From Paraphysomonas bandaiensis (taxonomy: Eukaryota > Protista > Chrysophyceae), in NCBI GenBank assembly GCA_965644295.1, contig CBFFRP010000103.1, forward strand, positions 1-28,124: 28,124 nt of DNA, given 5' to 3'. The notes beneath the pieces were generated by a model that saw only the letters and a list, made by a program, of their open reading frames with translations, searched no databases and was not told the origin of the DNA. Within the stretch, counting starts at the first letter, position 1. Each line of letters starts with the position of its first letter. This document shows, piece after piece, positions 10,779 to 20,474 of the stretch. The position numbers and the translations under genes were made by a program.

Positions 10779-11152
10779 CGGGGGTATGCAATTTGGATAA
10801 ACATGTAGCTCGTTTTAGGGGGATAGCAAAAGTAACTATACACACATTTTAGAATATAGTAACTATACGGGTAATTCTCCGCACCAACCAGGTCTCAAAA
10901 GTATAATTTGGTACAACGACACATTTATTCTCAGCCATTCATTATAGTTTTTCGTTTGATGCAAATCAAATTTTCCTGCGAGCATCAATTATACTTTTTT
11001 GATGTGAACCAGGCAATTTAAAAAAAATGATTATATATATGCTTTGCAAAACTGATATAAAAAGAAATCCAAGCAATTCCAAGACAACCAACAAACAACG
11101 CAAATCGACTACCAAATAGTGCGACCGTATTCCCACGGCGGGAAAAAAGATC

Positions 11153-11881
11153 ATGCGACTAAGAGACATTAATCCATCCCATATACAATTCGATCCCTTC
11201 GATAGAATTAGTGCATATACGTTGAAGTCAACGATGTTCTATGGAACACGCCGGCGCGAAGTACTGTTTGAACTCAATGGCGTACGAATTGCACCCAACT
11301 ATGGCGAACAGACAAATCTGACTCGAAAATGTTTTAAAGTGAATGTTGTTGTGATGTCGCGTACAAATTATTGCAAAATATCAGCAATTGATACCCAGTT
11401 AGTATCACCGGAACGCAGCAAAGAAAATCTTAAAGAGCGGGGTTACATTCCACTAAGTAAGGAAGAAAAAGACAGTTTGAAATTTGTCACCGTGCAAATT
11501 CCAACCACGGTGTCGATTCCCTGGGAGGTACCTGACTCCTCGGAGGTGGTGATAATGGACAAACACAGAAACGATATTACTTCATCTGTCAAATCTTTAC
11601 CCGGGGTATTTCCCGTGGGTAGCAAAGTGAATATTCTTTTCAAATTCTCTTGTGCATATCAAGGGAGTTGGGGGTGTAGTATTGTTCTCATGGTGCGTCG
11701 TATTACGTTGTGCGATTATTACGGTGCGTGGCAAGCTTCACCATTCTTCATCGTCTCCAAGTGTACATGTACATGGGTACGATACAGAGGAGCGAAAGAA
11801 GCGAGTGGAGGAGAAGATGAGACTTGTGTGTACAATATGCGGGTTTGTCGCAAGGAATTTGAATGGGCTTTGTGTCCATAA
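11153..11881 (+). CDS. 242-aa protein resembling giant-virus (NCLDV) OB-fold ssDNA-binding proteins (DUF2738-like)
   Basis: N-terminal DINPSHIQF...MFYG, central YIPLSK...VTVQIP and VIMDKHRNDI, C-terminal PVGSKVNILFKFSCAYQGSWGCSIVLMVRRITL recall the NCLDV SSB pattern. The last ~50 aa may be in the wrong frame. Confidence 0.55.
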   Translation: MRLRDINPSHIQFDPFDRISAYTLKSTMFYGTRRREVLFELNGVRIAPNYGEQTNLTRKCFKVNVVVMSRTNYCKISAIDTQLVSPERSKENLKERGYIPLSKEEKDSLKFVTVQIPTTVSIPWEVPDSSEVVIMDKHRNDITSSVKSLPGVFPVGSKVNILFKFSCAYQGSWGCSIVLMVRRITLCDYYGAWQASPFFIVSKCTCTWVRYRGAKEASGGEDETCVYNMRVCRKEFEWALCP

Positions 11882-11974
11882 AGGTAGAAAGCATAAGTGA
11901 ATTGTGTTTTCCCCTCTATACCTGCATATGCTATGCGTTGCTTGTTTTTGTGTGTATGGTATGCGTAGATTTAT

Positions 11975-11986
11975 AGGGTATGGGGG
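11975..11986 (+). other. Polypurine-tract-like sequence before the 3' LTR
   Basis: agggtatggggg directly abuts the TG of the right LTR, which orients the element on the + strand. Confidence 0.65.
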
Positions 11987-12237
11987 TGCCCCATATTGAC
12001 AGCGTAACTAATTACTGCGTGCGGCCCCCCAGTGGGTGCTGCTGAGTGTTGCGACCGCGCACTTTTATCTATGTACACATTGCTCAGTTCAGCAGTTCCC
12101 CACTCGGGTCTCACTGCATATTCAGCGCTGTAGCTAATTGGGTTCAGAGGTAGCTAGCAAATAACGTATGGGACTTAAATCAAGTATTAGTTAGGTACCC
12201 ACCCGGCTCTACCTAAGTACGCGCTCAGAATGGGGCA
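11987..12237 (+). repeat. 3' LTR (251 bp)
   Basis: TGCCCCAT...ATGGGGCA, followed by TSD CGCTC. Confidence 0.92.
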
Positions 12238-12840
12238 CGCTCTGGTTACAATATTACACTCCACCACCGGGTTGCATGAACATTGTATTTTAGAGTTTCG
12301 AAGTCAGATCATAAGGAGTTCTATCACTTTGGAGTTGCACAAAAAAAGGTATTTATTCCGACAGTATTGACAATTGACCATTTTCAGATGATTAAGATCT
12401 TTGCAAGAGAAGTTTAGTCAAACTAGATAGATTACTTTATTATAATTGTATACACAATTATAATATTATAATTAAAATATTGTGTGTTGTCATGTAACAC
12501 ATGTCAACAACATGATAAATTATTTCGTTCATGTCAACCACTGTTCAACTTCCGTATCTTGAATCGTCATGATATAATACTTCAGTTTCACAGTTATAGC
12601 TATATAGCACCTTTGACTATTGACTACGTATTACTGTTTTTCACATTGTATTTAACGTATTCTACAGTACTATCTTAGAGAACCATACGTATTCCAACAG
12701 ACAGCACACGACGTTAGGAAGTAACTATTACCACAACCACACAATGCAGCACCAATAAGCTGGACTGTGCTAGTTTGAAGATTAAATTGGGGAGATCAAC
12801 TAATTTGTAACTAACAGAATTCTTATTACTATAGAAACAC

Positions 12841-13764
12841 TTACGAACACATCTTCTTAAATTTCTCCTCTTTCCTCAAATTCAGTCCATTGGGTCTTAG
12901 AGATGACTTTATACTAGGAACTACATAGTTTTTATAAAAAAAGTCTTGGGTATCCATTCGTGATATGGCAGTGAGGTGAACAAATGTGCGGCTTGGGGTG
13001 AGCACTGCAGCGAAATAATCCTTGGCGAATAGAAGATGCTTTGCGGGAATGGACAGGGTGTTTTTACAAGCTCCTGATCGCTCAGCCTCATCAATTGACT
13101 CTTGATCAGTGTCATACTTTCCCGAAAGTAATATTTCTCTCCAGCGCGACATACACTCCTGCCCGCTGTTGCGGTCAACCCAAATAACACCAGTATGCCA
13201 CTTCTCACATCCCGAACAGAATCCAAAGAAGTGTCCACCTGCATCAAGAAACATACCAAAGTCTGGCTTGGATTTGTGAGTCGATGTATACTGTTCAACT
13301 TGCTGATACAAATCCCCTAGAAATAAATCCAGGTTTCGTGTGACAAGAATATCAACATCCAAGTATAATACATTGGTTATATTCGCTGGAAGATGCTCAT
13401 ATAATTTTGTCTTCATAGCTTTAATTTCAATTATTGAGTTTACTGATGGTATAGGGGCAATATGTACATGATGCTTGGATATTAGATGAGAAAAACAATC
13501 CGGTTTATCTGTGATGATATGGATGTCATTCGACCACTTGCCCAACACACGCAATGAGGCAACAGCATTATCTACAATGGTCTCTTTTGCCAAATCTCCC
13601 ATTGCAATAAAGACAATAGACTGTATACGGAATGGAGAATTGACTTTATGTGTAATAAGAGTTGTGTTCACTGCAGGCGCAGTAAACATATACATACATG
13701 CCATTATCAGTATCCAAACTATAATCACTCTAACAGGAAACCGTTCTCTGTTAAATATGCCCAT
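12841..13764 (-). CDS. Type II membrane GT-A fold glycosyltransferase (nucleotide-diphospho-sugar transferase), 307 aa
   Basis: Short N-terminal tail plus hydrophobic anchor (VIIVWILIMACMYMF), IHIITD, DxD motif VLYLDVDILV, HTGVIWV, DQ motif (DTDQESI) and a late His (FVHLT). Confidence 0.85.
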   Translation of the reverse strand: MGIFNRERFPVRVIIVWILIMACMYMFTAPAVNTTLITHKVNSPFRIQSIVFIAMGDLAKETIVDNAVASLRVLGKWSNDIHIITDKPDCFSHLISKHHVHIAPIPSVNSIIEIKAMKTKLYEHLPANITNVLYLDVDILVTRNLDLFLGDLYQQVEQYTSTHKSKPDFGMFLDAGGHFFGFCSGCEKWHTGVIWVDRNSGQECMSRWREILLSGKYDTDQESIDEAERSGACKNTLSIPAKHLLFAKDYFAAVLTPSRTFVHLTAISRMDTQDFFYKNYVVPSIKSSLRPNGLNLRKEEKFKKMCS

Positions 13765-14189
13765 CGCATTGACGGGGTTGATTTCCTAGTTGCTATCTGC
13801 TTACAATTAATGAGTAGATGCTATTGAGAGGTAGTGTACATGGGCATGTGGATAGATGTACATGTACAGCAGTATATGTATGTATGAACAGTGAACAGAG
13901 TAGAGCAACTGGCAGAGTGTGATGATATATATATATATGTATACAGCAGGAATACATGTTATACTGTGGTCTACACTTGGAATTCCTACGACAGTGTGCA
14001 TGATGATATCCGTACATGCTGCAGTAAAAATTGCCTTTTTTTCATAAAAAAACTGGGATTTATTCACCTATTTGACATATTCTTCCCCTGCTGGCCGACT
14101 TTTCCACTCGCACCAGAGCGATATCATCCATCTTATAGTCATCACATCATGCACATACCCTCACAGCAACAGTACAAACACAAGTCAAT

Positions 14190-14540
14190 ATGATGAACTC
14201 ACGTCGTTTCCTACAATATCAGAAACATAATCGATTTTTTTATCGATTATCTCCTTATAATCCTAAGAAAGTATTTGTATTGACATACACATATGTTGAT
14301 GATGCCATTAACAAACGAGAGCCCTTAAGACCCTCTCATATTAAATATGCGAATGATATGGTTGATAAAGGAATACTTATTGCTGGAGGAGGATTTAGTC
14401 CCCTTACACATGGGATGCTATTGATTAACGATAGCGAAGAAAATGCAAGGAAATTTGCAGAGTCCGACCCGTATGTTGTTGGGAATATTGTCAGCAAATA
14501 TACTGTCCACGAATGGAATGCCGCAGTGGGAAACCTATAG
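14190..14540 (+). CDS. yciI: YCII-related (YciI) domain protein, copy 1, possible mitochondrial presequence
   Basis: FVLTYTY, R-x-x-x-R-x-x-H (REPLRPSH), ILIAGG, GMLLI, A-x-x-F-x-x-x-DPY, YTVHEW. The N-terminus is Arg-rich with no acidic residues. Confidence 0.92.
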   Translation: MMNSRRFLQYQKHNRFFYRLSPYNPKKVFVLTYTYVDDAINKREPLRPSHIKYANDMVDKGILIAGGGFSPLTHGMLLINDSEENARKFAESDPYVVGNIVSKYTVHEWNAAVGNL

Positions 14541-15158
14541 AGCTTAGCATGTAGTGTTTTTGTGTTCATTGCTGCTGCTCGAAGTTTATCGTTTTGTTCT
14601 GGCTGATTTGTGATAGTTTGTGGATACGTCTTATGAGCCTATGACAGAAATGCAATATTAGGTAACATATAATCTAATTTTAATGAACTACATATTTTGC
14701 ATCCAAAATGGTATAGTGAGCGCGCAATTATGAAAAGTAATGCGACTGTGTTGAATTAGAATGTATAATGTAAGTTCATAAGTGTAGTTGTAGGCAAAGA
14801 AAAAGGCTCGCTTCCTCCCCCTGTCTCAGGGGATACCGATTTATACGCACATTCCGTTATGAACCATAACTTAAGAGCTGATAGCTTACACATTAGAAAA
14901 TGTATTTTTTATTGAGTATAGTCGAGTTATTACAATGCATGGCTAATGCATAACAACTGCAATGGTAGAAGCGATGTCACATGACACGAATCATACGGTT
15001 GTGTAATCGCACAGTACGTTTCCGTCGCAATGCAATAAACATATCCACAAAGTATTATAGTACTATAAATAACTCGTATTATCTAATAAAGTTACATTAA
15101 ATCTCAAATATACCAGTAATTATAACTTAACCCCAACTGCTGAAACAATAATATAGTT

Positions 15159-15669
15159 TTACCATATATCAAACGGATTCAATGAAGCTACAGAAGGTTG
15201 CATCAATTGTGCTGGACCTGCTGCTATAGTACTGTTTACCTCGCCCCTCTTCTGAGTTGGACATTGCATTTGAGTGGGTTCGTAGCTTTTCGAAGAAATT
15301 TCACCGCAGCCAAATGGGCGTCCGCCGTTATCATCAAACACATGTTGTTGACAGAAACCACCCTGTTGTTGAATTCCGTCATTGTTCCATGCAACCGGCA
15401 TCTGTTGGTGTCCACCAGATTGATAACTGTATTCACTATATATACCGGGTTGCTGAAAATTATTCATGACTGGCTGCTGTTCATGATACTCTTTGTAATC
15501 GTCATGATGAGGCGGATATCCATACCCTCCATGAGGTGGGGGGGGATCATAAGGACTTGTGGTCGTGATATCGGCAAAGGCATCGAAAATGTTCGAGTTA
15601 GGTGCTGGATTAGTGTTGGCTGATGGGCTTGTAGATTGGACGCGTCCTTGATTACTATTTCTCTTATCA
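15159..15669 (-). pseudogene. 3' fragment of a Pro/Gln-rich gene ending in NPF (endocytic adaptor-like), copy 1
   Basis: ...IFDAFADI...QQQGGF...SLNPFDIW*. The 5' part is cut at the tandem junction. Confidence 0.65.
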
Positions 15670-15701
15670 TGGCAGAGTGTGATGATATATATATATATAT
15701 G

Positions 15702-17622
15702 CACCGTAGGTGAAATACTGTGGCAGTATTTTTTGGGTAGCGTGTGACTATGTTTCACCTACGCCTGGAATATCAACAAAATAAAACTGAAATATCAGAT
15801 TTTTACCGTACGTGAAATTATCATGGCACACTGAATACCGGAGATTTCTATGTAGAATACAGTAGAATTCCGGAGATTTCTACGTAGAAATCGTATGCAA
15901 AAGATACAAGGTTGTATCTGTATGATATATGTGATCTGCGTAGAAACCATATTCACTTTAATATCGAACCTACATTGAATATCTTGTCTGTATTTAATAC
16001 CATGGGTCCTCTCAGATGATACTTCTCCTGCTACATCTCGAGCTTCCTCCTCATCGACTTCAAGAACGTCTCTCATTCTCTTAATTCATGCCAAAACAAA
16101 GGCAATGTATACTGGCAAAGTGAGGCATATGACGTAGTGCTTTTGTTCTCATTATCCTGAAAGGTTGGATGATGAAGATAAGCTGATAATTTCTGCCAAC
16201 AAAGACCGAGTGATGGAGTTCTTTGGGGTTCAGTGCAATACAGCTAACGACCGGAAGAAATTAGATGGACCAAATGATAAACCCAATGACAGGAGGACCT
16301 CTACAGTGCATTACTTGTTAAAGGCTATAGTGCATTAGTGTGAAGACTTTGTGGGACCTCTGACATTTTGGTAATCGACAAGAAGGGATCCAACCATATC
16401 GGCTTTTATGTGGACTTCAAGCTTTGACAAAAGCTGATAGGGATGATTCTCATCTACGTGCAAGAAAGACAATAGAATTCTTTCTTAAACGAGCATGGGA
16501 GTGTACTGAAATGCGATTCCAATCTTGTATTAAGCTGAATCCTAATACGCCCCCTCAATGAAATAATCAGTGAACTGTAGATAATAGAGAGAATATGAAC
16601 TATACACACTGAGAGTAAAAACCAGAGTAGCTGTCACTAGTCAATAAAAACTGCAGAGGTGCCATATTGTGAGGCCATCCTTCTAGTCCAGCATCATGTA
16701 TTTGTAAGCTGAATCCTAATAGTTTGGTAGAGTATATGAAAGTGCTTTGAAAGAATTGTATCGGGAGTTAGGAATGGAATGATGTAAGGATGTTGGTAAT
16801 TTCAGTTATGGCAGTTTCTATAGTAGGCTATGTTCTAGTAGTAGAGGTAAGTGAGTACTATTCAATATTATACTATGTAGTAATAATATACGCAGTATGT
16901 ATGTCTACTACAGTATATATATTATTTGCACTTGAAATATATGTAAATTTTTGACTAAGAAAGTTGATTGTATATAAGCCAGCTACGAAAACCACTGTTA
17001 GATATATATTAGGGTCTATTTTCAAGTTTCAAGATATTCGTAGTTTCCAGAAAATTAGGGAAATAAAGCAATACAGAGAGGTACTGTGACTAATTCAGAA
17101 GACCTTGGCCACTGTGGTGTACCAGCGCGTGTGAATGGCAATCAGAAGAGGGCACGTAGTTCACTCAGTTAAGTAAACAATAACCAAATCCTCCTTCCTT
17201 AATATACGTGAAATAAGAATAGGTGAAGTGGCACGCTATCATCATAATATAACTAATATTTGTTATTTTACGGCGGGTATGTACGTGTGTGCCTGTCTCA
17301 AGGGGTGTATATGTGTATGTATGTGAGAGGGTATGTAGCTCTATTAACAGTCACCCTCACATACATACAAGAACCTGGATCGCTTCAGAGCAGAGGTTGA
17401 AAGAAACACGACGGTGAAGAAGATATTCTTCTGTTTCTGGTGTGGATATCATCTCCTTTCATGGCACTTTTGATAGTTTAAAGTAACATATGAAGAGATG
17501 CGTTATATGATACATACACACTTCACATAATACAACACCGTATTCCAAAAACACACATCTACAACCGACACAAACTGAAAAGTATACATGAGTGTGACAG
17601 AATTTCACGTACTCCCGCATTG
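15702..17622. mobile_element. 1921-bp non-autonomous DNA transposon-like insertion (hAT-like 8-bp TSD)
   Basis: Absent from the other units. TSD TATATATG at 15694-15701 and 17623-17630, CA...TG ends, and an imperfect inverted motif GTA(G/C)GTGAAAT(A/T)CTGT near both ends. Confidence 0.75.
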
Positions 17623-17868
17623 TATATATGTATACAGCAGGAATACATGTTATACTGTGGTCTACACTTGGAATTCCTACGACAGTGTGCATGATGATAT
17701 CCGTACATGCTGCAGTAAAAATTGCCTTTTTTTCATAAAAAAACTGGGATTTGACATATTCTTCCGCTGCTGGCCGACTTTTCCACTCGCACCAGAGCGA
17801 TATCATCCATCTTATAGTCATCACATCATGCACATACCCTCACAGCAACAGTACAAACACAAGTCAAT

Positions 17869-18234
17869 ATGATGAACTCACGTCGTTTCCTACAATATCA
17901 GAAACATTGTCGATTTTTTTATCGATTATCTCCTTATAATCCTAAGAAAGTATTTGTATTGACATACACATATGTTGATGATGCCATTAACAAACGAGAG
18001 CCCTTAAGACACTCTCATATTAAATATGCGAGTATTATGGTTGATAAAGGAATACTTATTGCTGGAGGAGGATTTAATCCCCTTACACATGGGATGCTAT
18101 TGATTAACGATAGCGAAGAAAATGCAAGGAAATTTGCAGAGTCCGACCCGTATGTTGTTGGGAATATTGTCAGCAAATATACTGTCCACGAATGGAATGC
18201 CGAAGTGGGAAACCATATTTTATTGAATGGCTGA
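17869..18234 (+). CDS. yciI: YCII-related protein, copy 2 (C-terminus HILLNG supplied by an insertion)
   Basis: Near-identical to copy 1; reads into the insertion that starts at 18215. Confidence 0.88.
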   Translation: MMNSRRFLQYQKHCRFFYRLSPYNPKKVFVLTYTYVDDAINKREPLRHSHIKYASIMVDKGILIAGGGFNPLTHGMLLINDSEENARKFAESDPYVVGNIVSKYTVHEWNAEVGNHILLNG

Positions 18235-19842
18235 TTATTTAGCAATAGGCGTTGAAAGCCTGCACCAATTAGTGGCTAGAAGAATGCTAGTCATACTAGT
18301 TAGACTACTACCCGTAACTAATCAATACAAACTCTTTTATCCTACTATTTAACGCTACAGAAGCTGCTTGTGCGTCGCCGCAAGCACCAAGGTGCAACCA
18401 CTTCCGTTCTTAGTGTGTGTTATGAGGCTCGCCATGATCGTGTGTCCTGGGACTCACCGGCGCGTGTGATCTGGAGGTCTCCTCTTGGGATGAGACTCCA
18501 CTCGCTATATGATAGATAGCCTTATGTACCTCACGGGGACTGACTTATTAGCCTTATGGCAGTTAGGGGAAACAGTAATATGCCCTTCTGAGATTGGCGA
18601 TCTGGTGGCCTTCCTTTAGGCATTGTTCCAAGTGGCTCGGAGGTATGTGGATGAAGGTCTTGCAAAAGGTTATGGCCTACTGTGAAGAAGCGTCGAAATC
18701 GGCTCTTTTGCTGTCTTAGCCAGCGGTAGAGAACACATGCAAGAGGGTGTATAGCTGTACAGGGGTGGGATGTGAGGGTCATCCGGTGTGTCCAGCTACA
18801 GGGAGTCGAGAGGGAGTGTGATGGTGCAAGAGAGGCAACATCTGATTGAGGAGAGTGAGACTGCGCAACAGAACAAGAGTCACTGAGGTCGAGTACTCTG
18901 ATAGACCTATGCACGAGATGATCGTGATGATGATGATGGTCTGGAGGAGACACTCGGACGTCCTCAGCTGCCCTTGTTAGTGTCTGTGTTGGTGCAGGGA
19001 GGTACAGACTGAGGCATAGAGAGTGTGTGTAAGGAAGATGACGGCAAGGTATCAGAGACGAAGGGAGAGGCGATAGTTTGTCCGGGGGTTTTCTAGGAGG
19101 AGGTAGAGTGTACTGTGTGTGTGTATGACACTGCAGTGGTGTTATGAGTGTGTTGGACAGAGAGAGAGAGCTGGAGATGTGTCCAACAGTACAGGTAGAC
19201 AGGTACATGGACATGGTGATGTGTCCAACAGCAGTAGAGGAAGTATACCGTATGCGGAACACAGTGTCTATCCAATGAGATGGATGGGCTGTGGGGGTGA
19301 TAGGTGAACAGGGTGAGGGGGTAGCCTGCTGGGTGGATGGACCACAGACAAACCATGTTGGGTTGGGTTGAGTGGGCGGCAGAAGGCAGCCCTGTTGCAC
19401 AGTTGAGAGGGATCGAGAGTATGCAGTGATTGCATAGGGGGTCCATGGGGGTCGTTTTCGTGAGCCTGCTCGCACGAGCCATGTTCTGAGAGGTTGTAGC
19501 CGTAGAAAGCGATGGGTGAGACGAAGTTGTCTGCTGAGGGGATAGCACATAGGTGCGGTCAGCGCTGCATTGGTGCAGGCACGTGGTTTAACTGAAGTAG
19601 TTGAGTAGGGTGAAGGTTGCAAGGCCAGGCAGGGGGGCTTGGAGCGTGTACAACATGGTGTGACAGGTAATTTGTCGGAAGCGTGGTGGTCAACAAAATG
19701 CAGCAGTAAGGGAGTGTAAAAGGCCCTGGGCACACTGATGTGACTCAGCCACGGTCTCAATAGAGACATTGGGCTTGGAGCTGGTTAATAGGGTGAAACT
19801 TTATGTTGGACTGTATTTGCCATCGTAGGGCAGAGAATAATT
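18215..19842 (-). mobile_element. 1628-bp insertion with 10-bp TSD, probably a 5'-truncated retroposed (non-LTR-type) sequence, copy A
   Basis: GTGGGAAACC is duplicated at 18205-18214 and 19843-19852 and single in empty units. No TIRs. The minus strand ends ...cattcAATAAAatat. Strong strand skew. Confidence 0.8.
18531..19769 (-). CDS. 412-aa Pro/Thr/Ser/His-rich ORF inside the insertion, no recognisable domain (may be non-coding)
   Basis: Long ORF, but with low-complexity composition that follows the C/A skew. Confidence 0.3.
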   Translation of the reverse strand: MSLLRPWLSHISVPRAFYTPLLLHFVDHHASDKLPVTPCCTRSKPPCLALQPSPYSTTSVKPRACTNAALTAPMCYPLSRQLRLTHRFLRLQPLRTWLVRAGSRKRPPWTPYAITAYSRSLSTVQQGCLLPPTQPNPTWFVCGPSTQQATPSPCSPITPTAHPSHWIDTVFRIRYTSSTAVGHITMSMYLSTCTVGHISSSLSLSNTLITPLQCHTHTQYTLPPPRKPPDKLSPLPSSLIPCRHLPYTHSLCLSLYLPAPTQTLTRAAEDVRVSPPDHHHHHDHLVHRSIRVLDLSDSCSVAQSHSPQSDVASLAPSHSLSTPCSWTHRMTLTSHPCTAIHPLACVLYRWLRQQKSRFRRFFTVGHNLLQDLHPHTSEPLGTMPKGRPPDRQSQKGILLFPLTAIRLISQSP

Positions 19843-20474
19843 GTGGGAAACCTATAGAGCTTAGCATGTAGTGTTTTTGTGTTCATTGCTGCTGCTCGAA
19901 GTTTATCGTTTTGTTTTGGCTGATTTGTGATAGTTTGTGGATACGTCTTATGAGCCTATGACAGAAATGCAATATTAGGTAACATATAATCTAATTTTAA
20001 TGAACTACATATTTTGCATCCAAAATGGTATAGTGAGCGCGCAATTATGAAAAGTAATGCGACTGTGTTGAATTAGAATGTATAATGTAAGTTCATAAGT
20101 GTAGTTGTAGGCAAAGAAAAAGGCTCGCTTCCTCCCCCTGTCTCAGGGGATACCGATTATACGCACATTCCGTTATGAACCATAACTTAAGAGCTGATAG
20201 CTTACACATTAGAAAATGTATTTTTTATTGAGTATAGTCGAGTTATTACAATGCATGGCTAATGCATAACAACTGCAATGGTAGAAGCGATGTCACATGA
20301 CACGAATCATACGGTTGTGTAATCGCACAGTACGTTTCCGTCGCAATGCAATAAACATATCCACAAAGTATTATAGTACTATAAATAACTCGTATTATCT
20401 AATAAAGTTACATTAAATCTCAAATATACCAGTAATTATAACTTAACCCCAACTGCTGAAACAATAATATAGTT

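Larger units (their letters stand above)
6543..12237 (+). mobile_element. Non-autonomous LTR-bounded element (5695 bp) carrying cargo genes
   Basis: Two near-identical direct repeats with TG...CA ends. TSD CGCTC at 6538-6542 and 12238-12242. Purine-rich tract abuts the right repeat. No recognisable gag/protease/RT/integrase ORF inside. Confidence 0.88.

Noticed and set aside
15198-15623. 141-aa plus-strand ORF and other short ORFs repeated in each unit
   Set aside because: Antisense or alternate-frame shadows of the NPF-tail and YCII sequences; they recur only because of the duplication.
15990-16500. Transposase ORF within the 1.9-kb element
   Set aside because: Coding-like stretches are broken by stops and show no motif I can assign.
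18425-18434. tRNA-Arg-like primer-binding site (TGGCGAGCC, minus strand)
   Set aside because: Only about 9 nt match and there is no adjacent recognisable LTR; compatible with chance.
18215-19842. Hammerhead ribozyme (Penelope-type) in the insertion
   Set aside because: CTGAGGA occurs on the minus strand near 18961-18967, but I found no following stem II and GAAA.
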